Assembly (NCBI GenBank): GCA_963662275.1
Contig: OY759316.1
Span: 992,001 to 1,056,000, forward strand
Reading direction: 5' to 3'
DNA length: 64,000 nucleotides
DNA from: Candidatus Cloacimonadales bacterium
GTDB taxonomy: Bacteria > Cloacimonadota > Cloacimonadia > Cloacimonadales > DAONDQ01
Shown here: piece after piece, positions 27,916 through 38,141 of the stretch
Numbering within the stretch: position 1 is the stretch's first letter
Layout of the letters: each line of letters starts with the position of its first letter
Made by a program: the position numbers and the translations under genes
Notes under the pieces: generated by a model
What the model was told of the DNA's origin: nothing
The model's database searches: none
What the model saw: the letters and a program-made list of their open reading frames with translations, nothing else

Positions 27916-29658
27916 ATGGAGGCAAAAATGGCAAGCAAGCCAAGTGCTGAGCTCGTAAAGAGCTTGAAGGAAATATCGCCGATCAGGGCGATGGTTGAAA
28001 CCTTGATGAACAACAGCAAAGTTCGCAAGATCAACATTGCTGAAGCTTATGAATTGGCAAAGAAGCAAACGAATGTATCGGATACTGATATGCCGATCTA
28101 TCCGGCTTTTGCTAAATTGCATGGTTTACCTGAAGGCGCAACAGTATTGAATGATTGCAACGGGAAGATCGTCGGTCGTACAGCTAAGGCACGTCGTTTC
28201 TACAATCGTTTGAATTCCTCTGATAAGACGAAGGTGGAAGGCGATCTGGCTGAAGCGATCTTCCAAATGCAGCAGTATCCTCTCATTAAGGCGGAAGCAG
28301 TATTGGGTCTAACCAACTATCTGATGTTGAAAGCCACTTTTGTGACTACAGAAACCGATGCAGTGAACGTCTTCAACTGGCTTTGTAATTTTGCGCCTAT
28401 GGAATCCATGGTGAAGGAGTATGCAGCCAGCAAGCAATTGCCCATCATGGATATTATTCTCCTGGGATTCAATGAATGGACATGTAACGATACGTTCTAT
28501 AACAATGTGGGACAGCCACAGCTTGCCCTGGTTGATGAAAAGCAGAATGTGATCATCAATCTGGGGATGCGTTATTTTGGAGAAAGAAAGAAGGGTACGC
28601 TTACACTCGGTTGGACTTCAGCTATGACGCTGGGTATGGCTGCCTGTCATGGTGGAATTAAGGAAATTGATTTTAGTAATTGTGAAGATAAGGAACTCCA
28701 ACCTCTTGGAAAGCGTTCCATCGTGTTTTACGGTCTTTCAGGAACAGGCAAGTCATCTCATACTAACAGTCCTGATAACGCTGGTACATTGCCCAAAGGC
28801 TTCACGAAAGTTGTTTTACATGATGATGCCTTCCAAATCGATATGGAAAAGAAGGTTTGCCGTGTTTGGGAACCTACTCTCTTCGATAAGACTGACAGCC
28901 GTGATCTGGATAATCCTGATTGGAAGTATGTGCTTTCTCTAATGAATCATTCTCAATTCCAAATCAATGGCAAGAATTGGCCTGTGGGATTAGATATCCG
29001 AAATTCCAACGGTCGTGCGCTTCTTGACCGTGACCTGCTTGGTAATTGGGTTAATGAATGCAGTTTTCCGAAAGCACTTGCCTGGCTGATGAAGGATACA
29101 GTACTTCCTCCCATCATCAAATTCAGTGATCCATACCTGGCGATTGCCATGGGGGCAGCTCTCATAACGATGAGAAATAAAGCAGAAAATGTGACTGAGG
29201 AAGAGTTGAAGAAGCTGGTATTTGAACCATTTGCCAATCCTTTCCGTGTTTATGAATTATATAAGGATGTTGAGTCCTTCCTGCATGTCGTTGAGTCAGG
29301 CGCCGATGTTTACAGCTTTAATTCGAAGGGATACTGGCGCAGTTCAGATACGGATTTGGAAGCCATCTCGCTGACAACATCACTGACATTACAGACAGGA
29401 ATCCTAACGGAAAAGATCAAGTGGGAACCGTGGAAAAATTTACCGGGAGCAATGATTCCGACGAAGGAGTCTATCAATGTTCTGATTCCGGGTTACTACG
29501 ATAAATATGATCCCAAGAAACGTCAGAATAAGGAAATTTACCTCGAATGGCTGAAGGATAGATTCAAGCAGCGTCGTGATTTCCTTCATTCTACTGATTT
29601 GAATACAAAACCGGAGTTATTGAAACACCTGGTGACTAAATTGGAAATCATTATTTAA
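27916..29658 (+). CDS. Phosphoenolpyruvate carboxykinase (ATP)-like protein
   Basis: YFGERKKG, CHGG, GLSGTGKS, LHDD, NGR, PFANPFR. Confidence 0.85.
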   Translation: MEAKMASKPSAELVKSLKEISPIRAMVETLMNNSKVRKINIAEAYELAKKQTNVSDTDMPIYPAFAKLHGLPEGATVLNDCNGKIVGRTAKARRFYNRLNSSDKTKVEGDLAEAIFQMQQYPLIKAEAVLGLTNYLMLKATFVTTETDAVNVFNWLCNFAPMESMVKEYAASKQLPIMDIILLGFNEWTCNDTFYNNVGQPQLALVDEKQNVIINLGMRYFGERKKGTLTLGWTSAMTLGMAACHGGIKEIDFSNCEDKELQPLGKRSIVFYGLSGTGKSSHTNSPDNAGTLPKGFTKVVLHDDAFQIDMEKKVCRVWEPTLFDKTDSRDLDNPDWKYVLSLMNHSQFQINGKNWPVGLDIRNSNGRALLDRDLLGNWVNECSFPKALAWLMKDTVLPPIIKFSDPYLAIAMGAALITMRNKAENVTEEELKKLVFEPFANPFRVYELYKDVESFLHVVESGADVYSFNSKGYWRSSDTDLEAISLTTSLTLQTGILTEKIKWEPWKNLPGAMIPTKESINVLIPGYYDKYDPKKRQNKEIYLEWLKDRFKQRRDFLHSTDLNTKPELLKHLVTKLEIII

Positions 29659-29723
29659 TAAATATCAAACTAAAAAAATAAGGGCAGTGAGAGCTGCCCT
29701 TATTTTTTTAGTTTGATATTTAT
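29658..29723. terminator. Bidirectional terminator with 30-bp perfect arms
   Basis: ATAAATATCAAACTAAAAAAATAAGGGCAG-tgagag-CTGCCCTTATTTTTTTAGTTTGATATTTAT between convergent genes. Confidence 0.8.
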
Positions 29724-29726
29724 AAT

Positions 29727-32432
29727 CTACGGTAGAGGCAATGTAGAACTGGGTTTGTTTTGTTCCTGTTGCGCTGCCTGTATATAAGGTTCAATCTTTG
29801 CAAGCAGTTCTTCACCACGTTTTCCTATAGAATATTGATTCATCGCCCTATATAAGAATACCCCTAAGTCAGTAAGCTGTTTGATTTTATTTTGTTCATC
29901 CGTGTCTTTTATTATGACGCTATAGGCTTGTTCTAAATAAGTCATAGCTGCATCTGCCTTTTCCATGTTGAGCATAATATAAGCAGCCTGCTGAAGCTTC
30001 TCGGGATCGTTTTGTGCGGAAGCCAAGCCAAGTTTTAACAGCGAATCTGTCTTTTCGACATCTTTCGATTCTGAATACATGGTAGCCATCGCCATATAGA
30101 AACGGGATTTGTCATCAACGTAACGAATCGCCCGTTCCATATATTTCTTCGCAACTTCCAGATTATTCATACTATGATAATACCGGGATAAACGCATGAA
30201 TGCAGCACCGTAATTATTAATCAGTCTTGTCATGTTATCATCTTTGAAGACATTGTTATCTTCAATGGATCGATAAGAGTAAACCTTCGTCGCATTCAGC
30301 TCTAGAACTGGTCCATCTATCATATCCTGTCCTGATTCAGTGACAACTCGATCAGCCATGCCAATATTTCTGAGGTGGCTATCAAAACCAGTCAATTCAG
30401 CACAAGTAACCGCAAAATAAATCGGTCGTTTACCATAGTTTTCTTTAATGATCTGAATGACTGCCAGGTCTTTCACATAAAGAACCTGTCCCTTTTTATA
30501 ATTAATAGAGAAGTTCATCTCAGGTCGAGGTCCTTTGATCTCAACACTCATATCCTGGGGAAGCTGGATGGGCTGAATGTTATCCATCTCATCAGATGCC
30601 ATATGGAAAAGCACACCTTCATGGTCTTCAAGCTGGTGCCAATACCAGGGTGTATTCAGAAGACTGAGATTGGCTATTGTCACATCTTTGCGAATACCTT
30701 TCAATTCGCTATTCTTAAAAACCATAGCTGTTTTGATTGCAGACCTAGCTTCCTGGTCAGGATAAGTATTTCTCTCGGGATGAATGTATTCCCTTGAATT
30801 GGGATCTTGGACTGCCTGATTATACCAAAGAGGGAAAGTATCATTATCACCATTTGTGAAAATAATGGCATTTTTCTCCAATGAATTCAGGAAATTCATT
30901 CCATAGTCAAGTGCCATGAATTCTTGGGAGCGATCATGAACCTTATATTGGGAAGCCATATTCACAACAGGTAAGGCAAATAACAGAATCGCTATAATAA
31001 CAGCTAGTATCTTTTTCTTTTCAACTAATTGTAATAAACCGATTGTACCGATTGCCATCCAAACTGCCCAGAGATTATATGCGAGATTGAAGAAATAATC
31101 GCGATCCCTAACTTCTGCATCTGATAAATTGATAATGAAAACCATAGCTATCGATGCCATGAAGAAGAAAGAGAAGAAATAGGCAAAGGCATGTCTGTTT
31201 TTATTGGCAATATGGTATATTCCAAAAAAACCTAACACTGTGACAAGCAAGTTTCCGATGAATTTGATCACATTTGCAGAAGAATGGAACCAACTGGCAA
31301 GGGTTGGACCGTCAAACCATTGCCATCCAAAATAGCGAAGAAAATGATAATCAAACTGATAACTCATCGTAGCACGTCTTTCCATAAAGGATGTCACACC
31401 ATATTGGCGACGCAGGATGTAATCCAGGAACATTGTTAAGTTACGTGGGTCGCCTTCATTGACAAAAGGTCTGAGTTGAGAACGAACGAGAAGATAAATA
31501 TGAGGTGATAATCCTACTAATACCATTAATATTCCCATCAGCCAAACACGATTCTCGATCTTTCCATGCAGATGATAATACATTAACCCGAGGACAATTG
31601 TCACAAATGCATATTTTCCAAGATCAGGGATTTGCATATTAACAGCAAAGCTCTTGAATATCACATAAGCCAGAAATACAAGTAAGAGATAAGCAACGGT
31701 ACGAATCCAGAAAGTACCATTCTTGATACTTTGAATCAGCATGGGATAAACGGCAACGAACAGGACTGCCGGTGCGATTTGCAAACAGGTTTGATGAATG
31801 CAGAAACCGAGAAAGAAGATATATACGATAAGTAGAAGAATGTTCTGCTTAGAGAAATCTTCTGATTTTTCCACCCAGAGCATAGTGAGATAAATCACTA
31901 AATTATCGATAAAAAGAATACCTACGTTCACTTCTGCTTCGATCGAGTTTGTCCAGAAGGTGAAAGAATATGCTGAAAGCAATGCTGCCATGATACCGGC
32001 AAAAGCATTTCTAAATGGAGATTTATCAAACATACTGACGATCTTAACTGTGTATAAATAGACAAGCATAATCGAGAAAGCACCCATGAAGGATGACATA
32101 GAACTTGCTACAAGAGCATGGGGGATACCGTTAGCTATCACGGCAAAGGCACGACCAATAAATATGTAGAAAGGATTACCTGGTGGATGGGGGATTCCCA
32201 ATATGGAAATACAGGTTGCATATTCTCCAGAATCCCAGAAGGACATTGTTTTCGCATTAGTCAGTAAATATACAATCAGCGTTGAGATAAAAATACTGAT
32301 GGCGATGATCCAATTTGTTCTTGGTGCCAGGATATTTTGAGGTCTTAACTTCTCGTAAGAGATTGAATCTTTAACTGCTATTGGTTTAGGCATAGCAGCT
32401 CGGGCTGTTTCTGCGGGTCTTTTTTTTATCAT
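29727..32432 (-). CDS. DUF2723 / TMEM260-like GT-C glycosyltransferase with TPR-like C-terminus
   Basis: FWDSGEY, IPHPPG.P, EAEV, RDRDYFF, GDNDTFPLWY; many TM helices. Confidence 0.88.
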   Translation of the reverse strand: MIKKRPAETARAAMPKPIAVKDSISYEKLRPQNILAPRTNWIIAISIFISTLIVYLLTNAKTMSFWDSGEYATCISILGIPHPPGNPFYIFIGRAFAVIANGIPHALVASSMSSFMGAFSIMLVYLYTVKIVSMFDKSPFRNAFAGIMAALLSAYSFTFWTNSIEAEVNVGILFIDNLVIYLTMLWVEKSEDFSKQNILLLIVYIFFLGFCIHQTCLQIAPAVLFVAVYPMLIQSIKNGTFWIRTVAYLLLVFLAYVIFKSFAVNMQIPDLGKYAFVTIVLGLMYYHLHGKIENRVWLMGILMVLVGLSPHIYLLVRSQLRPFVNEGDPRNLTMFLDYILRRQYGVTSFMERRATMSYQFDYHFLRYFGWQWFDGPTLASWFHSSANVIKFIGNLLVTVLGFFGIYHIANKNRHAFAYFFSFFFMASIAMVFIINLSDAEVRDRDYFFNLAYNLWAVWMAIGTIGLLQLVEKKKILAVIIAILLFALPVVNMASQYKVHDRSQEFMALDYGMNFLNSLEKNAIIFTNGDNDTFPLWYNQAVQDPNSREYIHPERNTYPDQEARSAIKTAMVFKNSELKGIRKDVTIANLSLLNTPWYWHQLEDHEGVLFHMASDEMDNIQPIQLPQDMSVEIKGPRPEMNFSINYKKGQVLYVKDLAVIQIIKENYGKRPIYFAVTCAELTGFDSHLRNIGMADRVVTESGQDMIDGPVLELNATKVYSYRSIEDNNVFKDDNMTRLINNYGAAFMRLSRYYHSMNNLEVAKKYMERAIRYVDDKSRFYMAMATMYSESKDVEKTDSLLKLGLASAQNDPEKLQQAAYIMLNMEKADAAMTYLEQAYSVIIKDTDEQNKIKQLTDLGVFLYRAMNQYSIGKRGEELLAKIEPYIQAAQQEQNKPSSTLPLP

Positions 32433-32455
32433 AGGTTCTCCATATATTCTGCTTG

Positions 32456-32577
32456 GTGGAGTAAGATTCTAATCTTACTATTCATCCAGCTAATTTATTA
32501 AATAATATTCTCGCATTCACACGATCGGCGTCGTGATCTACAGTCTCGTATTCAGTAAGATCGGAATCTTACTCCAC
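32456..32577. repeat. Inverted REP-like doublet (GTGG-headed)
   Basis: GTGGAGTAAGATTCTAATCTTACT and inverted AGTAAGATCGGAATCTTACTCCAC. Confidence 0.65.
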
Positions 32578-32585
32578 GTTCCAAT

Positions 32586-33569
32586 TTAATCTTTCATACC
32601 TGTGGAAGCTGCACTGGCAATGATTTGCTTCTGGGCAAACAGGAACAGGATGATTAATGGCATAATACTAAAACTGGAAGCTGCCATTAAAAGCGTAGTT
32701 TGGGATGAAGCTTCCTGTGAAAAATAACTTAATCCGACTTGGAGAACTCTAAGCTCTTCGCTATTGGTCATGACAAGAGGCCACATAAAACTATTCCAGG
32801 AGCCGATGACAGAAAAGATAGAGGCGGTGGCAATAACAGGTTTTGACAGTGGCAATACTATACGCCAGAGCATACCGAAACGAGTGCAGCCATCGATTGC
32901 TGCTGCATCAAATAACTCATTCGGAATGGATTTGAAATGCTGACGGAATAGGAATATTGTAAAGATATTCGCCAACCAGGGGATAATAAGGGCATTAAAT
33001 GTATCGATCCACCCCAACTTATCCAATAGAATATATGACGGTATCATAAAAACAGGTTCAGGAACCATCATCATACTGATAAAGAGGAAAAAGAACCATT
33101 CCCGACCCCAGAATTGCATGCGGGCAAAGGCATAAGCAGCTAAAGCGGATGTAATCAGGACGCCAATTAAAGTAACCAATGCTACATAGATAGTATTGGC
33201 GAAATACCTGGCAAATGGCACTTTCTTGAAAGCAACCCCGAAGTTTTCCCAGTGAAGTTTGAATTTCTTGATTTGGTGAATACTTGCTTTTGGGATACGT
33301 TGGTATTCCTTTGCTAATGTACCTTGCTCATCATATAGGTTGACGATACTGTCAGAGCCTTTATCCAGGACGATTTGAACCCTGTATGTTTTCCCATCCA
33401 GGGTATACGTTTGATATTTATCGATTGGGATGAAACCGACATTTCCTTCATTCACATCATTTTGAGATTTCAACGAAGTAGTAATCATCCAAAGAAATGG
33501 AACTATCATGGATAGACCACAAATGATCAGAATAATGTAAATAACGCTGTTTTTTAACCAGTTGATCAT
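32586..33569 (-). CDS. Carbohydrate ABC transporter permease (MalG-like)
   Basis: DAAAIDG EAA motif, WNSFMWP. Confidence 0.93.
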   Translation of the reverse strand: MINWLKNSVIYIILIICGLSMIVPFLWMITTSLKSQNDVNEGNVGFIPIDKYQTYTLDGKTYRVQIVLDKGSDSIVNLYDEQGTLAKEYQRIPKASIHQIKKFKLHWENFGVAFKKVPFARYFANTIYVALVTLIGVLITSALAAYAFARMQFWGREWFFFLFISMMMVPEPVFMIPSYILLDKLGWIDTFNALIIPWLANIFTIFLFRQHFKSIPNELFDAAAIDGCTRFGMLWRIVLPLSKPVIATASIFSVIGSWNSFMWPLVMTNSEELRVLQVGLSYFSQEASSQTTLLMAASSFSIMPLIILFLFAQKQIIASAASTGMKD

Positions 33570-33578
33570 GCCCCCTCC

Positions 33579-34514
33579 TTAGTAGTTCACCGATTTTTCC
33601 AGTTTCTTCTGCCAAAGCGTCAGACCCAGGATGATCATAAAAAGGATGAGCGCAACAGCGCTGGCATAACTCAGGTTCTGATTATCAAAACCAGTTTCAT
33701 AAATATAATAGACAATCACTTTAGTCGTTTTCAGCGGACCGCCAATAGGAGGACCTGTCATAAGATAGATCTGTGCAAAAGCTTGGAATGTGACGATAGT
33801 GGTCATAATCAAAACATAGAATGATGTGGGAGAGACAAGGGGAATCGTGATACCAAAGAATTGCCTGGTTTTTGTAGCACCGTCTATCTCTGCAGCTTCA
33901 TACATTTCCTTTGGTATATTCTGAAGACCGGCAAGATAGATAATCGTATTATAACCCAGGCTTTTCCAAACGGTTAAAATGATGATACAGAATAACGCCA
34001 TTGATGGACCACCCAGCCAGGCAGGAAGGTGGATACCAAACTGTGAAAAGAATAAGGTGAAAATACCGGTACTATCTGCAAGCCACCCTTGCGGTCCTAA
34101 GCCAACCTTTTGCAGGAAGAAATTTGCCAAACCGCTTTGTTGGTTGAAGATGATCTTCCAAACAATGGATACGGCAACCAGTGATGTGACAAAAGGAAGG
34201 AAATAAATCGTTCGGAAGAAGCCTTTCAAATGTTTCACCTGGTTGAGTAACGCTGCAAAAAAGAGGGAAAGCACTATACTGAGTGGAACAACAAAAATAA
34301 CGAGATAGAAGGTATTAAGAAGGGAAGTCCAAAAATCAGGATCATTCAATAAATGAGTATAATTTTCCAACCCAATAAATTTACCTGCACCATTGATTGT
34401 CCATTCAAAAAAGCTGACAAAGAAAGTCAGGACAATCGGTACGAAACGGAAGGCAAATGTCAAGGCAAATGCCGGTAAAATATAGAGAAAGGGCGTATAA
34501 CGATTCTCTTTCAT
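33579..34514 (-). CDS. Carbohydrate ABC transporter permease (MalF/UgpA-like)
   Basis: FIGLENY, YEAAEIDGA, ITIPLVSP. Confidence 0.93.
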   Translation of the reverse strand: MKENRYTPFLYILPAFALTFAFRFVPIVLTFFVSFFEWTINGAGKFIGLENYTHLLNDPDFWTSLLNTFYLVIFVVPLSIVLSLFFAALLNQVKHLKGFFRTIYFLPFVTSLVAVSIVWKIIFNQQSGLANFFLQKVGLGPQGWLADSTGIFTLFFSQFGIHLPAWLGGPSMALFCIIILTVWKSLGYNTIIYLAGLQNIPKEMYEAAEIDGATKTRQFFGITIPLVSPTSFYVLIMTTIVTFQAFAQIYLMTGPPIGGPLKTTKVIVYYIYETGFDNQNLSYASAVALILFMIILGLTLWQKKLEKSVNY

Positions 34515-34640
34515 ATTCCTCTCACCAAGGGATTTCTACAAATTAAAATATCACTAAATATTACGCACAATCAAAGGATCATGGAGAAAATGTCAAATGT
34601 TATTTGATTTCGACACAAGTATGATATGAAAAACCGGTTT

Positions 34641-35864
34641 CTAGAGCTTAAATTTTGTAGCAAAAACACGAGATCCCATCCCTGATTTATGACTTTCTGA
34701 ATTACCTATTGCCAGTAAATCACCATCAGGACAAAACAACAGTTGATTCAGTGTTTCTGAGTATTTACCTCGGATCTGAAGTTCTCCGATTTTGCTATTA
34801 TTTGGTCGATACTTTTGGATATAGACATCAATTCCAAAATCTGGCTGAGAAGTATTTATTTCATCAATCCCAATATAGAAAGTACTATCCTTAACCAAAA
34901 AAAAGCGTGGCGTGTAATCAGCCGTAGGGATATCACATGATAATATCTTATCAGGTTCCCTATCTGGATGAATCATTCCAACAACAAGGGAACTGTCCTT
35001 TGTTGCGACTACATACAATTTCGCATCAATCGAAGTGACTAGTTTTAATGCCTGATATTTATTCGTATCACTCATAATTCTAAATCCATCCAGTTCATGG
35101 TAAGTGAGAAGCGTCGAACCTTTATAGGGATCATATGTTGTCGCAAAAACAGTATTGCTTTTTGGATTGCATGTTATGGAAGTTATCCTGAGACTATCCT
35201 GGATGAGGTAAACGAATTTCTTATCACTAATTTTCTGGTTTTGTAATAATAGCTTATCCAGGTTCACTGTTTTCTCAACATCATCATACCATAAAAAAAA
35301 GGCGTAATCATTCATTAAGATGCCCTTAGGAGGTGTATGTGAAGAGACTTGATATGCAACGGATTGATATCCGAGTAAATTACCCTGCAAATCCGTGGAG
35401 ATGATAACCGGATTATATATCCCTTCTTGTTCCCTGATTGCATAAACATAGCATTTATCATTGAGTATCTGGAAATCTGAGATCGTGATCGTACTTTTAT
35501 GTTGAAAGTGCTTTTTCCAATAATTGAGAGAATGATTTGTGAGTTTTTTTTCCCATGAGAGTTTCATATCAGGAAGAAGCTTTATCAATGAGACTGTACC
35601 AGGTTCTGTCAATATTGATGAGGCAATCAGAACAGAACCATCATGTAAGAGACAAGCTTTACTGGAGGAATAACTGCCTTTATTCAAACCAACGAAACCG
35701 AGATTTTGATTATATTGTTCCACTTTTTTCCTGGATATATAATCAAGTATATGAGGAAGTAATCGCACAATGCATATACCCAGGATAAAAATGAATAATG
35801 CAATGCTTAGCCCCTTGCGTAATTTAATCTTCATTACTTCATCATTATTATTCAGCAACAACAA
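34641..35864 (-). CDS. Hypothetical membrane-anchored beta-rich protein
   Basis: 407-aa ORF, N-terminal TM, propeller-like repeats. Confidence 0.65.
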   Translation of the reverse strand: MLLLNNNDEVMKIKLRKGLSIALFIFILGICIVRLLPHILDYISRKKVEQYNQNLGFVGLNKGSYSSSKACLLHDGSVLIASSILTEPGTVSLIKLLPDMKLSWEKKLTNHSLNYWKKHFQHKSTITISDFQILNDKCYVYAIREQEGIYNPVIISTDLQGNLLGYQSVAYQVSSHTPPKGILMNDYAFFLWYDDVEKTVNLDKLLLQNQKISDKKFVYLIQDSLRITSITCNPKSNTVFATTYDPYKGSTLLTYHELDGFRIMSDTNKYQALKLVTSIDAKLYVVATKDSSLVVGMIHPDREPDKILSCDIPTADYTPRFFLVKDSTFYIGIDEINTSQPDFGIDVYIQKYRPNNSKIGELQIRGKYSETLNQLLFCPDGDLLAIGNSESHKSGMGSRVFATKFKL

Positions 35865-36630
35865 TGATCCCTGTACCTTTAGGATTCTTACCCAGCATGT
35901 CCAGGTGCATAAAAAGATAGCATATCGGGTAGTAAATTAAATAATAAGGAACCAGGAGGGGAAATAGCAGAATCGACTTTTTCAGGATATTCATTGGGAT
36001 TTTCAGAGCCATTAACCAATAGAGATGCCCCCAAAAGCCATAAGAGTATTCAAAGGAAACAACGTTAAAACCTGCAGTTTCTAATTTTGATGTAATATCT
36101 TCTTTTGAGTACCCGGGTCGAATATGTTCTTCTGTGAATTCTGCAGCTATATCTAAATTACTTGGGGAAGAAATGATTAGCTTTCCACCCGGATCAAGAA
36201 CCGATCTAAAATTCTTCAGGACTTGAACATCATCTGTAATGTGTTCTAAAATATCAATAGCTAAAATCAGATTAAAGTGACGTTTGGGAATGTAATCCTG
36301 GAGATCAGCCTGCCGACATTTGAAGTTCTTCCACCCTTGATCTTGTGCGAAACTGGCAAAAGATTCCATGTAATCTGTTTTTAAATCAACAGCCAGGACT
36401 TCTGCATTCTTCCAATTTTTTAGAATAAAATAGGAGTATTGTCCGAATCCTGCACCTGCATCATAAAACTTTACAGGAAAATCAGGAGGAAAGTACTGCC
36501 TGACTTTTCGAAAGACATACCATTCTCTTAAAAACAGGAGATGCTGCTTGAAATAAAAGATTACTCTCAAAAAGGGAAATAGGTCAATGACCGTGGCTAG
36601 TTTATCTTTGACTTTATCATATAACATCAT
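35848..36630 (-). CDS. Class I SAM-dependent methyltransferase
   Basis: YDAGAGFG, DILEHI, LDPGG. Confidence 0.9.
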   Translation of the reverse strand: MMLYDKVKDKLATVIDLFPFLRVIFYFKQHLLFLREWYVFRKVRQYFPPDFPVKFYDAGAGFGQYSYFILKNWKNAEVLAVDLKTDYMESFASFAQDQGWKNFKCRQADLQDYIPKRHFNLILAIDILEHITDDVQVLKNFRSVLDPGGKLIISSPSNLDIAAEFTEEHIRPGYSKEDITSKLETAGFNVVSFEYSYGFWGHLYWLMALKIPMNILKKSILLFPLLVPYYLIYYPICYLFMHLDMLGKNPKGTGIIVVAE

Positions 36631-36666
36631 TACTCTCCATTACGCACTTTGAACTTCGCACTTCTC

Positions 36667-37605
36667 TCAAGGCATGTTCATTTGGAACTGTTCTATCCTA
36701 TATCGCTGATCATTTACTGAACTTATTCCCTCAGCTTTTCGGGAGATATCCATTTGCCGAGTTGGAGTATAATAGTTGATTACAAGCATCTGATTATTAT
36801 TGATGTAGCTGTTTTCAGTCCAGGTAGTGATAAAACTATTCGTGATCACTTTTACATCCCAAGTATCGCGAGTAACAGTCCAAGACGCATAATTTGTAGA
36901 TGCCAAGGTTCCCGATAGAAGGTTATTTCCCCAATCTGTGGATGAATGCGGACTTAAATATACTTCGTTAATGGTTTCTGAAGAATAGTTTCTAACGGTA
37001 ATAGCAGCAGCGTTTGCTATGATATTATACGTTTCGGTGGCATTTAAATTAACCGTGGCTGTATAAGGATCGTGAAAAACATAAGTACCGGTCATAGTGA
37101 AATCGGCAGTATTGCTTGCCTCTGTCATATACCAGGCTTGGGTATAATTGCCATTAGCGTTAATCGAAACTGGATCATCCAGCCCGGGAATTGTGAGAAT
37201 GACGATTCCAGCAGTTAGGTTGATGAATTGGATGCATCCCCGATTAGGATCAAGTACCCTGGTAGTTACTTCACCTTGGCTTACATGATCGGTGAGAGTT
37301 ACAGATCGAAGATATAATCCGTCACAAGTATAGGAAACAGATGTACTTTTCGGATCAGTGATGGAACTCTTCATATATAAATCGAAAGTTGTATTGCTAT
37401 TGGCGTCAATGATATCCTGTGTATTATTTGCCCAAGTTACATAAATAGGCGCATTCGTATTATTAACTATTTTAAGGCTGCCGTAGCTATTGTGATGATG
37501 TTCTGAAGAACTGCTTTCGAAGCATGAGGTTAATAAAAATGCAGTAAAAAACAACAAGATGAAGATGCCCAGATGTTTCATAGTAAACTCCTTTATATGC
37601 TCCAT
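36667..37605 (-). CDS. Hypothetical lipoprotein
   Basis: Lipobox LLTSC; repeated beta-sandwich-like segments. Confidence 0.7.
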   Translation of the reverse strand: MEHIKEFTMKHLGIFILLFFTAFLLTSCFESSSSEHHHNSYGSLKIVNNTNAPIYVTWANNTQDIIDANSNTTFDLYMKSSITDPKSTSVSYTCDGLYLRSVTLTDHVSQGEVTTRVLDPNRGCIQFINLTAGIVILTIPGLDDPVSINANGNYTQAWYMTEASNTADFTMTGTYVFHDPYTATVNLNATETYNIIANAAAITVRNYSSETINEVYLSPHSSTDWGNNLLSGTLASTNYASWTVTRDTWDVKVITNSFITTWTENSYINNNQMLVINYYTPTRQMDISRKAEGISSVNDQRYRIEQFQMNMP

Positions 37606-37684
37606 TATTTACTAGATTTTTTCTTACAAAGATATAATATGAATTAAACATTCTTTGTCAATGTTGAATGTGGGGAGGAGGGAA

Positions 37685-37806
37685 TAGCGGACAGGGTACA
37701 GCGGACAGGGTACAGCGGACAGCGAACAGGATACAGCGGACAGGGTACAGCGGACAGCGAACAGGATACAGCGGACAGCGAACAGGATACAGCGGACAGG
37801 ATACAT
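37685..37806. repeat. Heptamer-period tandem repeat (CAGCGGA/CAGGGTA/CAGCGAA/CAGGATA)
   Basis: Directly visible 7-bp periodicity. Confidence 0.85.
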
Positions 37807-38141
37807 AGTACTGTACACCGTGAGGACAGAGAGGTGACACACGTGTCAGTCAGATGAAGACTGATCTGATCTCCCTCCCTTTGGATAAAGGGAGGGATTA
37901 AGGAGTTTGATGCTCTTCTTCAGGTGTCAGTTACTAGGTGCTAGGTACTATTCCTCCCTTCAGATGAAGGGAGGTGAATAATATTATGAATTTGAGCCAT
38001 GAGTATTCCCAAGTTGAGCCAGTGCTCCACTATAATTGAGCCAGGGAATATTCTACTTTGAGCCACCTTGCATAAATCAGAGTGTGATTAACCATGTGGC
38101 AATGCGCTGAAGAGCGCAAATAACACAATGGAGGTCACAAA

